From assembly GCA_009711825.1 (NCBI GenBank), contig VEMY01000008.1, forward strand, positions 15,345-79,344: a stretch of 64,000 nt of DNA. The letters are read 5' to 3'. The position numbers were made by a program, and so were the translations under genes. The stretch is from Bacillota bacterium. Lineage in GTDB: Bacteria; Bacillota; Proteinivoracia; UBA4975; VEMY01. Shown here in pieces: positions 46,847 to 55,433 of this stretch (position 1 is its first letter; each line of letters starts with the position of its first letter). The notes below the pieces were generated by a model that saw only the letters and a program-made list of their open reading frames with translations, ran no database searches and was not told the origin of the DNA.

Positions 46847-47942
46847 GTTGCTTCACCCCGTCGTCAAACTTTTTACGGGCGATAAGGTCGATAAAGGCCT
46901 CCACCCGGGTCTGGATATTGGCAACCCCGGTCTGCTCATCCAAGGACAGAGTCATCACCGGAATCCCGTGTTTTTCTGAAATCGCCGGTATGATACTCTG
47001 ACTGACCAATTCCGGCAGGCATCCAAAGGGCATCAAATGTATCACGCCGTCAAAACCCCGCTCGGCATAGTCGACAATATGACCCACTGTCTGGATGGCA
47101 TGGCCGCCGATTATCATCGGGATATACGGTCGGCCTTTTTTGATTGCCTTTTTTTCATGAGTCCAGTAATTCAGCGGGCCGGGCAGGAAGTTGTACTCTA
47201 CCCAGCCGGTCAGATACTGAGAGCGCTCCACTTCGCAGCCCAAATTGCCTAGAGTCTCTTCCAAATGCATATTGATTGAAGGTTCCATTACTACATAGAT
47301 CTCGCCCACCAGGCCGATGCGCAGGCGGCGACTGGTGTCTGCCCGCAAGGGGATGCTGTCCAGGAGCTCGTTCCCCTCAATGTAGGCCTGTTTCATCTCG
47401 GCAACTGACTGGGCTTTGTCAAACATAGCAGTTATTTTCCGCCAGGCCTGGGTGCAGTCGCCCCGGTTTTGCTCATAGGCCCGCAGCGTATGAAGACGCT
47501 TGTCCAGGTTGTCCAGCATCCGCATCATCCGGTAAACGCTGGTCAGGACGCTGCCCACTCGCAACACCGAACTGCCGGCCCTGAGCCGCTTTAGAGTTGT
47601 GAGGAAATCCTGAATATCATCGAATATCGAGTCGAAGACGATAAATTCAAGATTATGGCCCAATTGTTCCAGTATCCGACGGTGCACCTGATTATAGTAA
47701 CCAGCGCGGCAGGGGCCGTGGCCACCGGAAGTGATCACCACTTCGGCGCCCATTTCCGCGGCCTCAATATAGGTGCCGGTAATCATCTTCAGCGGCACAC
47801 AGGCAAATTCCGGGCTGTATTTTGCCCCCAAACTTATGGTCTTTTTGGTGGGCGGGGGCGGCATAATTACCTCATGGCCCAAAAGCTCCGCTATTTTTTT
47901 ATAGATTATTGTCGATCCCATATAGGGAAAGGTTACCTTCAT
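46839..47942 (-). CDS. 2-hydroxyacyl-CoA dehydratase-like (HGD-D/DUF2229 family) protein
   Basis: 367 aa; family typically paired with BadF-type activases; conserved Cys (PFGCLPE). Confidence 0.55.
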   Translation of the reverse strand: MKVTFPYMGSTIIYKKIAELLGHEVIMPPPPTKKTISLGAKYSPEFACVPLKMITGTYIEAAEMGAEVVITSGGHGPCRAGYYNQVHRRILEQLGHNLEFIVFDSIFDDIQDFLTTLKRLRAGSSVLRVGSVLTSVYRMMRMLDNLDKRLHTLRAYEQNRGDCTQAWRKITAMFDKAQSVAEMKQAYIEGNELLDSIPLRADTSRRLRIGLVGEIYVVMEPSINMHLEETLGNLGCEVERSQYLTGWVEYNFLPGPLNYWTHEKKAIKKGRPYIPMIIGGHAIQTVGHIVDYAERGFDGVIHLMPFGCLPELVSQSIIPAISEKHGIPVMTLSLDEQTGVANIQTRVEAFIDLIARKKFDDGVKQHA

Positions 47943-48934
47943 GCCCGCTCACCCCTGCGCTTCTTTCTACTCAGCATGTCCACAAAGGCCTCAACCCGGG
48001 TCAACAGGTGGTTCTCGCCGCTATGCTCATCAATCCGCACAGTCATAAACGGCTTGTCCACCTTGCCATAATCAACTTCGAAGATCTTGCCCAACATCGA
48101 ATCAGGACCGCAACCAAAGGCGGTCACATGCACCAACGCATCCACTTCAGGATTATCCAGACACCAAAGCCCCAGGGCCAGCAGTTTATCGCTGAAGGTC
48201 CAGAACAATTTCTTCGGCACCCGGGCAAGTGCTGATTGCAACACGTCATCGGGCAGCATTTCAAAAGTAATTACCCGCACGCCCATTTGCCGCAGTTTAG
48301 CAAGGATATCCATGCTCACATACGGATCGTAGAGGTTATACACATAACCGGCCACGCCGACAGTCAAAGGTGTATCTGCAGTAGCAGCCACCTCAGCACC
48401 ACCCTTGCCGGCAAGCGCCTGGTTGAGATCGGCGCCCTGCAAACTGAGGGCGCGGAACTCCCGCCAGGCTGCCACGGCATTGCGATGGGCCCGGCGATGC
48501 TTCAGATAACCCACGCCCAGGCGCGAGGCCACCGTGCGCAGACATTTCTCGTTATCCAGCGAATCATCCCGGCTGGTGAACAGCGGGCTCAGCATCCGTT
48601 CTTCCGACCCTGGCAAAGAGAACCGCAGCATGTCCGGAAGCCCCATAAACTTAGGACAGAAGAACTGCCCCTTTTGCACCGACACAAAGCGGGGCGCAAA
48701 GATATAATCAACCGGCTGTTCCAGTAACCAGTGGAAATGGCCAAGATATATTTTAATTGGCACGCATAGCTCCGGCGCCGCCAATTTTACTCCCCGGTCC
48801 ACAAGCTCTTTGTTGGTCGCCGGAGATACGACAACATCTGCACCCAGTTCTTGTAAATACGCAGACCACAGCGGGTAATAGTAGCTGTGCATCAATGCGC
48901 GCGGTATTGCTATTTGCACCCACATCCCCCCCAA
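47939..48934 (-). CDS. 2-hydroxyacyl-CoA dehydratase-like (HGD-D family) protein, second subunit
   Basis: 331 aa; paralogous architecture (VTAFGCGPDSM). Confidence 0.55.
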   Translation of the reverse strand: MGGMWVQIAIPRALMHSYYYPLWSAYLQELGADVVVSPATNKELVDRGVKLAAPELCVPIKIYLGHFHWLLEQPVDYIFAPRFVSVQKGQFFCPKFMGLPDMLRFSLPGSEERMLSPLFTSRDDSLDNEKCLRTVASRLGVGYLKHRRAHRNAVAAWREFRALSLQGADLNQALAGKGGAEVAATADTPLTVGVAGYVYNLYDPYVSMDILAKLRQMGVRVITFEMLPDDVLQSALARVPKKLFWTFSDKLLALGLWCLDNPEVDALVHVTAFGCGPDSMLGKIFEVDYGKVDKPFMTVRIDEHSGENHLLTRVEAFVDMLSRKKRRGERA

Positions 48935-49075
48935 TTTTGTATCATTGTATCATATACTGTGCACAGTTTCATGCACAATAACGCGGCCATACATTTGTCT
49001 CAAGTTAATTCCAAGCTAATCAAAATCTATAATTGTATCGTCTTTGTGGAATTAAAAAGCCACCCATAGGCGGCT

Positions 49076-50056
49076 CTATTTGTCATCTTCGGATTTAAGT
49101 CTTAATATCTCCTCGGCAGTCCGTTCTTCGGTGACCAGGACATTGAGTAGCCCGGTTTTGAGCACTGCATAAATAGCCCGCGCCTTGCCTATCCCTCCGG
49201 CAACCGCCATTCGCACTCTGGCGCGGCTAATCTGCTCCGGTGTAGCGGCAATCAGGCCATTTTGGTTGGAAGTAGTAGGTATTAAACCATTTTGCAGCAC
49301 AAACCAAAGACAGAAATCGGCAACCGGTTTTTCTTTGACCTCTTGGACAAATGCTTGCAGGCCGCGATAGAAATCCGGGTCCTCAAGCCGGCGCAGGGTA
49401 GGGATTGCCCCAATTCCAAGCACCGCCCAATCCATTTTATCCCAGAGTTGTACCACTTCCTGGGAATGGGGTTCCGCCAGAACCGATTCTCGAATTTGCT
49501 TACCGGAAACAAGAGCCGGCGCATAAAGATATTTGGACTTGCCCCCCAGTGCTGTGGCCGTCCGGGTAAGGATTTCAGTAATTGGGTAACCGGCATCTCC
49601 CTCTCCCAATCCGCCTGACAGTGGAATTACCGTCGGTTGTAATGTCTGGTCAGCGGGGAGTTTGTTGGCCATTTCGTAAATACTGTGCCCCCGTCCCATG
49701 CCGAGGATTGCCTGTTCCGGTAGGTTTTCGCCAATGTACTCAGCCGCAGCCCTGGCAATTTGCGGAACGATAACCTCCTGCTGGTCAACTGCCATCGGGG
49801 TTACAATCGCGTCTTGCAGGGCAAAAGCTTGTTTAAGTTTTTGTTGAATGACTGTATTTTGGGCAATTGGGTTGCGAACGGTTATTTCCACAATTCCATT
49901 CTCCCGGGCCTGGCTTAAGAGCCGAGAGACCTTTGGTCGGGAAATCTCCAACATCTCTGCGATTTCTTCTTGAGTTTTGCCCTTTTGGTAGCAAAGTTGA
50001 GCCACTGCCACCATCAAACTGATGTCATCGCGGGATGGTTTTTTGCTCCTCGCCAT
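49076..50056 (-). CDS. SorC/DeoR-family sugar-binding transcriptional regulator
   Basis: 326 aa; N-terminal HTH (KTQEEIAEMLEISRPKVSRLL) plus SorC sugar-phosphate binding domain. Confidence 0.8.
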   Translation of the reverse strand: MARSKKPSRDDISLMVAVAQLCYQKGKTQEEIAEMLEISRPKVSRLLSQARENGIVEITVRNPIAQNTVIQQKLKQAFALQDAIVTPMAVDQQEVIVPQIARAAAEYIGENLPEQAILGMGRGHSIYEMANKLPADQTLQPTVIPLSGGLGEGDAGYPITEILTRTATALGGKSKYLYAPALVSGKQIRESVLAEPHSQEVVQLWDKMDWAVLGIGAIPTLRRLEDPDFYRGLQAFVQEVKEKPVADFCLWFVLQNGLIPTTSNQNGLIAATPEQISRARVRMAVAGGIGKARAIYAVLKTGLLNVLVTEERTAEEILRLKSEDDK

Positions 50057-50175
50057 AATTCACTCCACCTCGCTGCCAAGATTTACTAATATTCCATAAG
50101 TATGGTCTTATTATAAATGTAGGTATTTTATTTTGCAACCAAAGAAGGGACTCGTTGACGAGTCCCCTCCCCCTA

Positions 50176-50964
50176 TTACAGTTCTTTTTTGGCTTCCTCG
50201 ACAGTTGCGTCTTCGTGGAGAATGCGCGCAATTGCCCTGGTGATTTTTTCTGGCTCCGGCTGCCGCCAGACATTGCGGCCCATGGCTACGCCCCGGCCGC
50301 CTGCCTGCACAGACTCATATACCTGCTGCAGCAATGCGATTGGGTCTTTTGCTTTGCCGCCGCCCAGCACAACGATGGGAGCAAAAGTGCCAGCAACAAC
50401 ACTCTTGAAGCTCTCGATATCACCTGTGAAATCAGTTTTGATAAAGTCTGCGCCCAGCTCAACACCCATCCGGCAAGCGAGGGCAATGCTCTCGGGAGTG
50501 CGGGAATCTTCGCCACCTTCAAAGCCCCGGGGAAGCATTTCAGCCATCAAAGGCATGCCCCATTTGTAGCAATCACTAGCCAATTCTGAGAGGTAAGGGA
50601 GCGTTTCAGCCTCAAACTTGGAACCCGGGAAGCCCATGCAGACCACGCCGTCAGCGCCCAGACGCAGGGCATCTTCTACGGAGTAGATCCGGCGAATCGG
50701 GTTGCTGTTCTGAGCCATTTGGGAATAGCCGCCATCAACACGCAGCACGAGGCCGGCGGAACCGATGGAATCGGCGAACTTGCTAGCGATACCGAAGGTT
50801 GTCATGATTACGTCGGCGCCACCGGCGACAACCCGCTCAATCTTCTCAGCCGGGTTTGCGAGTTCTGGCAAAACGTTCATCCCAGAACCATGGTCCATGG
50901 CGACAATTAAAGTGCGACCTGTCTTGCGGAAAATGTTGTTTAGTCTTTTGGTTTTCATCTTCAA
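50176..50964 (-). CDS. class I aldolase of the DhnA/FbaB (archaeal-type FBP aldolase / LsrF / DeoC-LacD) family
   Basis: 262 aa; TIM-barrel class I aldolase motifs (IVAMDHG..., GADFIKT, Schiff-base Lys region). Confidence 0.65.
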   Translation of the reverse strand: MKMKTKRLNNIFRKTGRTLIVAMDHGSGMNVLPELANPAEKIERVVAGGADVIMTTFGIASKFADSIGSAGLVLRVDGGYSQMAQNSNPIRRIYSVEDALRLGADGVVCMGFPGSKFEAETLPYLSELASDCYKWGMPLMAEMLPRGFEGGEDSRTPESIALACRMGVELGADFIKTDFTGDIESFKSVVAGTFAPIVVLGGGKAKDPIALLQQVYESVQAGGRGVAMGRNVWRQPEPEKITRAIARILHEDATVEEAKKEL

Positions 50965-50974
50965 TTCCTCCTGA

Positions 50975-52015
50975 TTACATAGTTAAAACGATACGATAAG
51001 TGGCGTTGTTGCTTGCTTTGTCCAGAGCGGCCTTGGCATCGGCCAGAGGCTGTGTTTCCTCAATCAGTTCGGCTGTGCTGATGATGCCTTTGGAAATCAG
51101 GGCTGCTGCATCCCACATATCCCGCAGGTTTTTGCCCTTTACTCCGGTTAGGGCAATGCCGGTGTCGTGAATCAAGTTCGGGTTAATGTCCAGGGGCTCT
51201 CCCGGATGGGCAGAGGCGAAATAGAGCACACTGCCATAATTGGCTACCATCTTAATTGCATCATCATTGGCATGTTTGTTACCGATGGTAATGATCACAG
51301 CTTCGGCCTTTTTGCCTTCGTTCAATTCCTGAACTCTGACCTCAACATCTTCCTCCGCCGGATTAATAACAGCGTCAGCGCCTAGCTTTAAGGCCTTTTC
51401 TCTGCGACCGGCATCAAGTTCACTCACAATTACTCGGGCACCACTGCTTTTCGCAGCCAGGACATTTAGCAAGCCCATGGTGCCGGCGCCGATGACAACA
51501 ACGGTATCACCGAGACGCACATTCACTTTCTTGATTCCCTGAAGCACACAGGCCAATGGCTCGGTGAGCGCCGCCTGCTCGAACGGAATATCTTTGGATA
51601 TCTTCAATGCCCGCTTGGAAGCGATAACCATATACTCAGCCATCCCGAACAAGCCGACAACACCATCAATTTTGGGCAATGGCGCCTTCTTGACGCAGTG
51701 CTCTTCCAAACCTTTGCTGCAGTTGTCGCATTCGCCGCAGAAGTAAGGAACACCCAGGGCCACATGATCGCCCACCTGAAGATCAGTCTGACAGTCAGGG
51801 CCGATCTTCTCAACCACACCAGAAACTTCATGGCCCCAACACCCCGGATAGGGGAATTTTTTAACACCTGTATATACCCGTTGTTCCATTGTGCACAGTG
51901 CGACTGCACGTTGGCGGATTAAAACCTCGCCCGGGCCCGGCTCGGGCACTGGTAATTCGCGAATTTCAAACTCGTAAGGAGCGGTCATTACTCCTGCTTT
52001 CATTGTCTTTGTCAT
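50975..52015 (-). CDS. zinc-dependent medium-chain alcohol/polyol dehydrogenase (sorbitol/threonine dehydrogenase-like)
   Basis: Start ATG 52013-52015 (RBS AGGAGG); GHEVSGVV Zn-ligand region, GAGTMGLL Rossmann motif, structural-Zn Cys cluster (CGECDNC). Confidence 0.8.
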   Translation of the reverse strand: MTKTMKAGVMTAPYEFEIRELPVPEPGPGEVLIRQRAVALCTMEQRVYTGVKKFPYPGCWGHEVSGVVEKIGPDCQTDLQVGDHVALGVPYFCGECDNCSKGLEEHCVKKAPLPKIDGVVGLFGMAEYMVIASKRALKISKDIPFEQAALTEPLACVLQGIKKVNVRLGDTVVVIGAGTMGLLNVLAAKSSGARVIVSELDAGRREKALKLGADAVINPAEEDVEVRVQELNEGKKAEAVIITIGNKHANDDAIKMVANYGSVLYFASAHPGEPLDINPNLIHDTGIALTGVKGKNLRDMWDAAALISKGIISTAELIEETQPLADAKAALDKASNNATYRIVLTM

Positions 52016-52166
52016 TTCACTTGTCCTCCTTTCTCGGGGGTACCCGAGAATGCTAGATAATTTTTTCACATACTGCTGTGGTCGGGGTATGACAATTGGT
52101 GTAATTTGCGGGCAAAGGCCACACCTTTGCCCGCTTTGATTAGATTGAGAGAACTAATTAGATGTC

Positions 52167-52928
52167 TTAGGGAACGAGTACCAGGTTGAAGTAGGTCAGG
52201 AGAATCGCGAAGAACATCAGGCCAAAGATTAGGTAGACAGGCTTGACACCCTTGCGCAATAATGCGTAAGCCAGGAAGAACATACCCAGGGCCGGGATCC
52301 CAGGCATCAGCTGGTCGAGGATTTCCTGAAGGTTGATAACCTGCTCACCAGTGGTGTAGGTAATGTTCAGGGTGATGTCCACGAGGCTGGCAACCATGGT
52401 GCCGACCAAAACGAGACCGACAATCTTTGCACCTTCAGCTACGGTGTCAATGATACCGCGCATCCGGGAGAGAGCTTCTACACCCAGGTTATAGCCGAGG
52501 CCAACCAGGTAGTATGCGCTACCTGCAAAGAGGGCAATCAAGGTGAACACGGAGAAGAACCAACCAAAGGAGTTACCGTCGAGAACCATGTTGGTACCAA
52601 TGGCAAGAATAATCGGGACCAAGCTGGCGTGGAACAGTGAGTCGCCGATACCAGCAACGGGACCCATGGTCGCAACCTTCAGACCCTGGATAGCTTCGCC
52701 GTCAATGGTGTCTTTGTTCTCAATCCGCTGTGTTTCCATTGCTGCAACCATGCCGGGCACAACAGCGCCGGCGTAAACGTTGGTGTTCCAGAAGGTTATA
52801 TTTCTGGTCATGGACTCAGCGCGTTCTTCGTCAGTCTTATACTTCCGGAGCACAGGCGCCAACTGATAGGCAAAGCCCCAACCGCCAAGAACTTCAAAGG
52901 AAGCATTGTAGTACCAGCAGAAGTTACG
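52167..52928 (-). CDS. PTS mannose/fructose/sorbose-family IID component, portion downstream of an in-frame TAG; N-terminal about 38 aa are encoded in-frame upstream, fused to IIC
   Basis: Homology to ManZ starts before the TAG at 52929-52931 (KEPLSFADRVSMA*RNFCWYYNASFEVLGGWGFAYQ aligns with KKLTQSDIRGVFLRSNLFQGSWNFERMQALGFCF). Confidence 0.6.
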   Translation of the reverse strand, partial: RNFCWYYNASFEVLGGWGFAYQLAPVLRKYKTDEERAESMTRNITFWNTNVYAGAVVPGMVAAMETQRIENKDTIDGEAIQGLKVATMGPVAGIGDSLFHASLVPIILAIGTNMVLDGNSFGWFFSVFTLIALFAGSAYYLVGLGYNLGVEALSRMRGIIDTVAEGAKIVGLVLVGTMVASLVDITLNITYTTGEQVINLQEILDQLMPGIPALGMFFLAYALLRKGVKPVYLIFGLMFFAILLTYFNLVLVP

Positions 52929-53825
52929 CTAGGCCATGGAGACACGATCAGCGAAGCTCAGAGGCTCTTTGACGATCTCGCCGTCAGCTGCAGCAGCAGC
53001 TTCTGAATCTTCTACAGAATCCTGACCATTGCGGGTCTTCATGTAGAACACAACCAGACCGGTAACAACCAGAGCCAAAGCCAGCGGGGTCATGTTGGTG
53101 GTCATGCCAATGGCAAAACCGGCAACAAACAGGAGAATCAGAGAACCAGGGTTCATGCTGTAGATCAAGAGCGCGAAACCGGCAACAGGGAGCATTCCCT
53201 GCATAACGCCAAAACCATTTTGCAACCACTCAGGAATTAATCCGAGCAGGCGACCAACCAGGGGGATACCATAGTAAACACCCAGGAAGGCGGGGACAGC
53301 ATTGATAAGTGTAATCGCGATAGGCTGTAACAGGGCATGCCAGAGCTCCAGCTTCTTGATATCGCCTTTCTTGGCAGCTTGGATTGCAATCCGCTCATAG
53401 AAGAAAGACATGATTGTCAGGTTGCCCAAGAAGAGCATCAGCGAGAATACCGAAATCGGGATTGCCATGCCCAACACAGCGCCGTGATCGGCACCGAGAA
53501 CGCTGGCGAAGATGACAGCCATAATAGTGGCGACCATCGGCCGCGGCGGAACCGCAGCGCCAACGATAAACACACCAAAGAATAAGAGCTGGATCAGAGC
53601 GCCGACTTGAACACCGGTGGCAAAGTCACCAATAAACAAACCGGTCAGACCACCAATCGCCAGGGGATGGTCAGAAATGAAACGCCATACTTGCAAGATA
53701 CCGATAATAATACCATGGGCTGGTGTTTCTTTCTGCCTAATAGCGGCGATCAGCTGGAGGGGCCATGCTGTTACGAGAAACCAGCCACCTGCCAAAAATG
53801 CAGCAATTAAAGCTGTTCCTAACAT
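52929..53825 (-). CDS. PTS mannose-family IIC component, translationally continuous (same frame, no stop) with the IID N-terminus
   Basis: 298 aa ORF; the IIC body ends near ...LVVTGLVVFY and the frame continues MKTRNGQDSVEDSEAAAAADGEIVKEPLSFADRVSMA, which is the IID N-terminus. Confidence 0.7.
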   Translation of the reverse strand: MLGTALIAAFLAGGWFLVTAWPLQLIAAIRQKETPAHGIIIGILQVWRFISDHPLAIGGLTGLFIGDFATGVQVGALIQLLFFGVFIVGAAVPPRPMVATIMAVIFASVLGADHGAVLGMAIPISVFSLMLFLGNLTIMSFFYERIAIQAAKKGDIKKLELWHALLQPIAITLINAVPAFLGVYYGIPLVGRLLGLIPEWLQNGFGVMQGMLPVAGFALLIYSMNPGSLILLFVAGFAIGMTTNMTPLALALVVTGLVVFYMKTRNGQDSVEDSEAAAAADGEIVKEPLSFADRVSMA

Positions 53826-53852
53826 CTGATTAAACCTCCTATTAATAATTTA

Positions 53853-54338
53853 TTAGAGATAACGGGTAATATCTGTGGGCCGATCCTGGGGTACTACCCT
53901 GATCTCACATTTGACACCTAGTTCCTGCAGACGCTTGAAATCTGCGCGATCCTCATCGGTCAGCATCACCGACTTAGTTACTTTGGTAGCCTGGTCGGTT
54001 TTACCCATGGCGCCCATATTGCCAATCACGAAATGCTCAAACTTTACGCCACCTTCTTTGAGGGCCAAAACTTCGTCGGGACCGGTGGTGATTACAAATA
54101 CCCGGGTGCTGTCCCCAGCCAAGGGACCCGTGAGCTTTTCGATTGCGTCTGCCACTGTGACGACCTCAGTCTTAATGTTCTTGGGCGCTGTGAGTTCAAC
54201 GACACTTTTACGCACCTTGTCGTTCACGACCCGGTCGCTGGCAATCATGATCCGGTTGGCATTGGCATGGGAAATCCATTTGGTAGTTATCTGACCATGA
54301 ATCAAACGGTCATCAATTCTGATAAGGGCGATAGCCAA
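53853..54338 (-). CDS. PTS mannose/sorbose-family IIB component
   Basis: Start TTG 54336-54338 (RBS AGGAGGAA): MAIALIRIDDRLIHGQI..., active-site His region. Confidence 0.8.
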   Translation of the reverse strand: MAIALIRIDDRLIHGQITTKWISHANANRIMIASDRVVNDKVRKSVVELTAPKNIKTEVVTVADAIEKLTGPLAGDSTRVFVITTGPDEVLALKEGGVKFEHFVIGNMGAMGKTDQATKVTKSVMLTDEDRADFKRLQELGVKCEIRVVPQDRPTDITRYL

Positions 54339-54403
54339 AGTGCATTCCTCCTGAATTAGTATTAAATACATGCCGAACCATCACTATTGAAGCTTGAGGA
54401 GCA

Positions 54404-54793
54404 TTAGATTTTCAGTTGCTGTATCCCCTCCTTACCCAAATCTACAAGCTTTTCGGCTATCTGGATCGGCGCTTCACCGCTACCCCGCATACCGACAGCT
54501 TCCAACAGCATTCCCAGATTCACACCCACCAGGCATACCGCGTTTGTTTCAGCGGTTACAGCCAGTGCAATGTTGCAAGGGGTGCCTCCAAACAGGTCTA
54601 CGGCGATTAACGCCCCCTGCCCGGTATCGACTTCTGCAACTGCTGCTAACATTTTTTCTTTAAGAACCTCTGGGGCCATGTCCGGTTCCAGATTGATTGC
54701 CTTAAACTGCTCCTGGGGTCCGACAATCAACTCCATTGCCTCCGCAAAACCCTGGGCAAGGCCACCATGGGCTGCTACTACGAGTCCTATCAC
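54404..54793 (-). CDS. PTS mannose-family IIA component
   Basis: 129 aa; MIGLVVAAHGGLAQG... (phosphorylatable His) and EIIA-Man fold. Confidence 0.8.
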   Translation of the reverse strand: MIGLVVAAHGGLAQGFAEAMELIVGPQEQFKAINLEPDMAPEVLKEKMLAAVAEVDTGQGALIAVDLFGGTPCNIALAVTAETNAVCLVGVNLGMLLEAVGMRGSGEAPIQIAEKLVDLGKEGIQQLKI

Positions 54794-54798
54794 TTAGG

Positions 54799-54812
54799 TC
54801 ACCTCCTCTGAA
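54799..54812. promoter_or_regulatory. palindromic operator TGAACAACTGTTCA (GAAC-N4-GTTC core) abutting the RBS of PTS IIA, with extra TGTTCA/TGAACA half sites at 54821 and 54926
   Basis: One of three near-identical sites in the window (54799, 60619, 62347). Confidence 0.55.
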
Positions 54813-54820
54813 CAACTGTT

Positions 54821-54932
54821 CAATACTATTGTTCACTGTGCTGCAATACTTCGCCATTGACCGCATATATTCCTGCTATGAATACAAGTTTTTTTGAAAT
54901 TTTGTACTGAAATTTTGTGCAGCACAGTGAAC
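54821..54932. repeat. 16-bp perfect inverted repeat TGTTCACTGTGCTGCA ... TGCAGCACAGTGAACA separated by 80 bp in the grdA-PTS intergenic region
   Basis: Arms at 54821-54836 and 54917-54932. Confidence 0.7.
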
Positions 54933-54941
54933 AGGGAGGAT

Positions 54942-55397
54942 TTAGCTATCGCCCCGGTAGGTGGCGACTTCCTTCTTGATTTCATCTACATCCAAAACCA
55001 TCTCCATCATGCTGATTTGCTCTTCCCAGATGGCTGGATCAATCTGCTCTTGCAGCTCAAAAATATGAAACACTGGGAGTTCCAACTGAACTCCCGCCAA
55101 TGGACCGGCGAAGGTGGGGTCGCCGCTGGTCACTGTCTCGGCAGCCAGGCCGCTGGCTTCCGCCTCGGCCCCTCCCAATACAACAACCAATTGCTCACGG
55201 CCATACTTTTCGGCCAGAGCCTTGACCCGCGCCTGATTTTCCAGATCCATGGCGCCTGCTGCAGTTCAGACAAAACATTCAGTTGCAGAGAAAACTATTT
55301 CCGCGCCGGCAGCTTCCAGACATTCATTGATTGCCGGCCCGGGCAATCCATCCCGGTCGCCCAGGACAATTGCCTTCTTGCCTTTTAAGTCAATCAT
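54942..55397 (-). CDS. grdA: glycine/sarcosine/betaine reductase complex selenoprotein A (GrdA) with in-frame UGA selenocysteine codon at 55266-55268
   Basis: Start ATG 55395-55397 (RBS AAAGGAG): [61 protein letters not shown]... matches the invariant GrdA CFVUTAAGAMD motif. The ORF track shows only the post-UGA part (54942-55250). Confidence 0.85.
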
Positions 55398-55433
55398 CTT
55401 AGTACTCCTTTCTCAGTTTCGAATTTGTGCTAA

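Noticed and set aside
54942-55250. Treating the 102 aa MDLENQ... ORF and the 56744-56977 ORF as independent small genes
   Set aside because: Both are the C-terminal portions of selenoproteins (GrdA and GrdB-like). In-frame TGA codons sit in the conserved Sec positions and the homologous N-terminal halves lie immediately upstream in the same frame.
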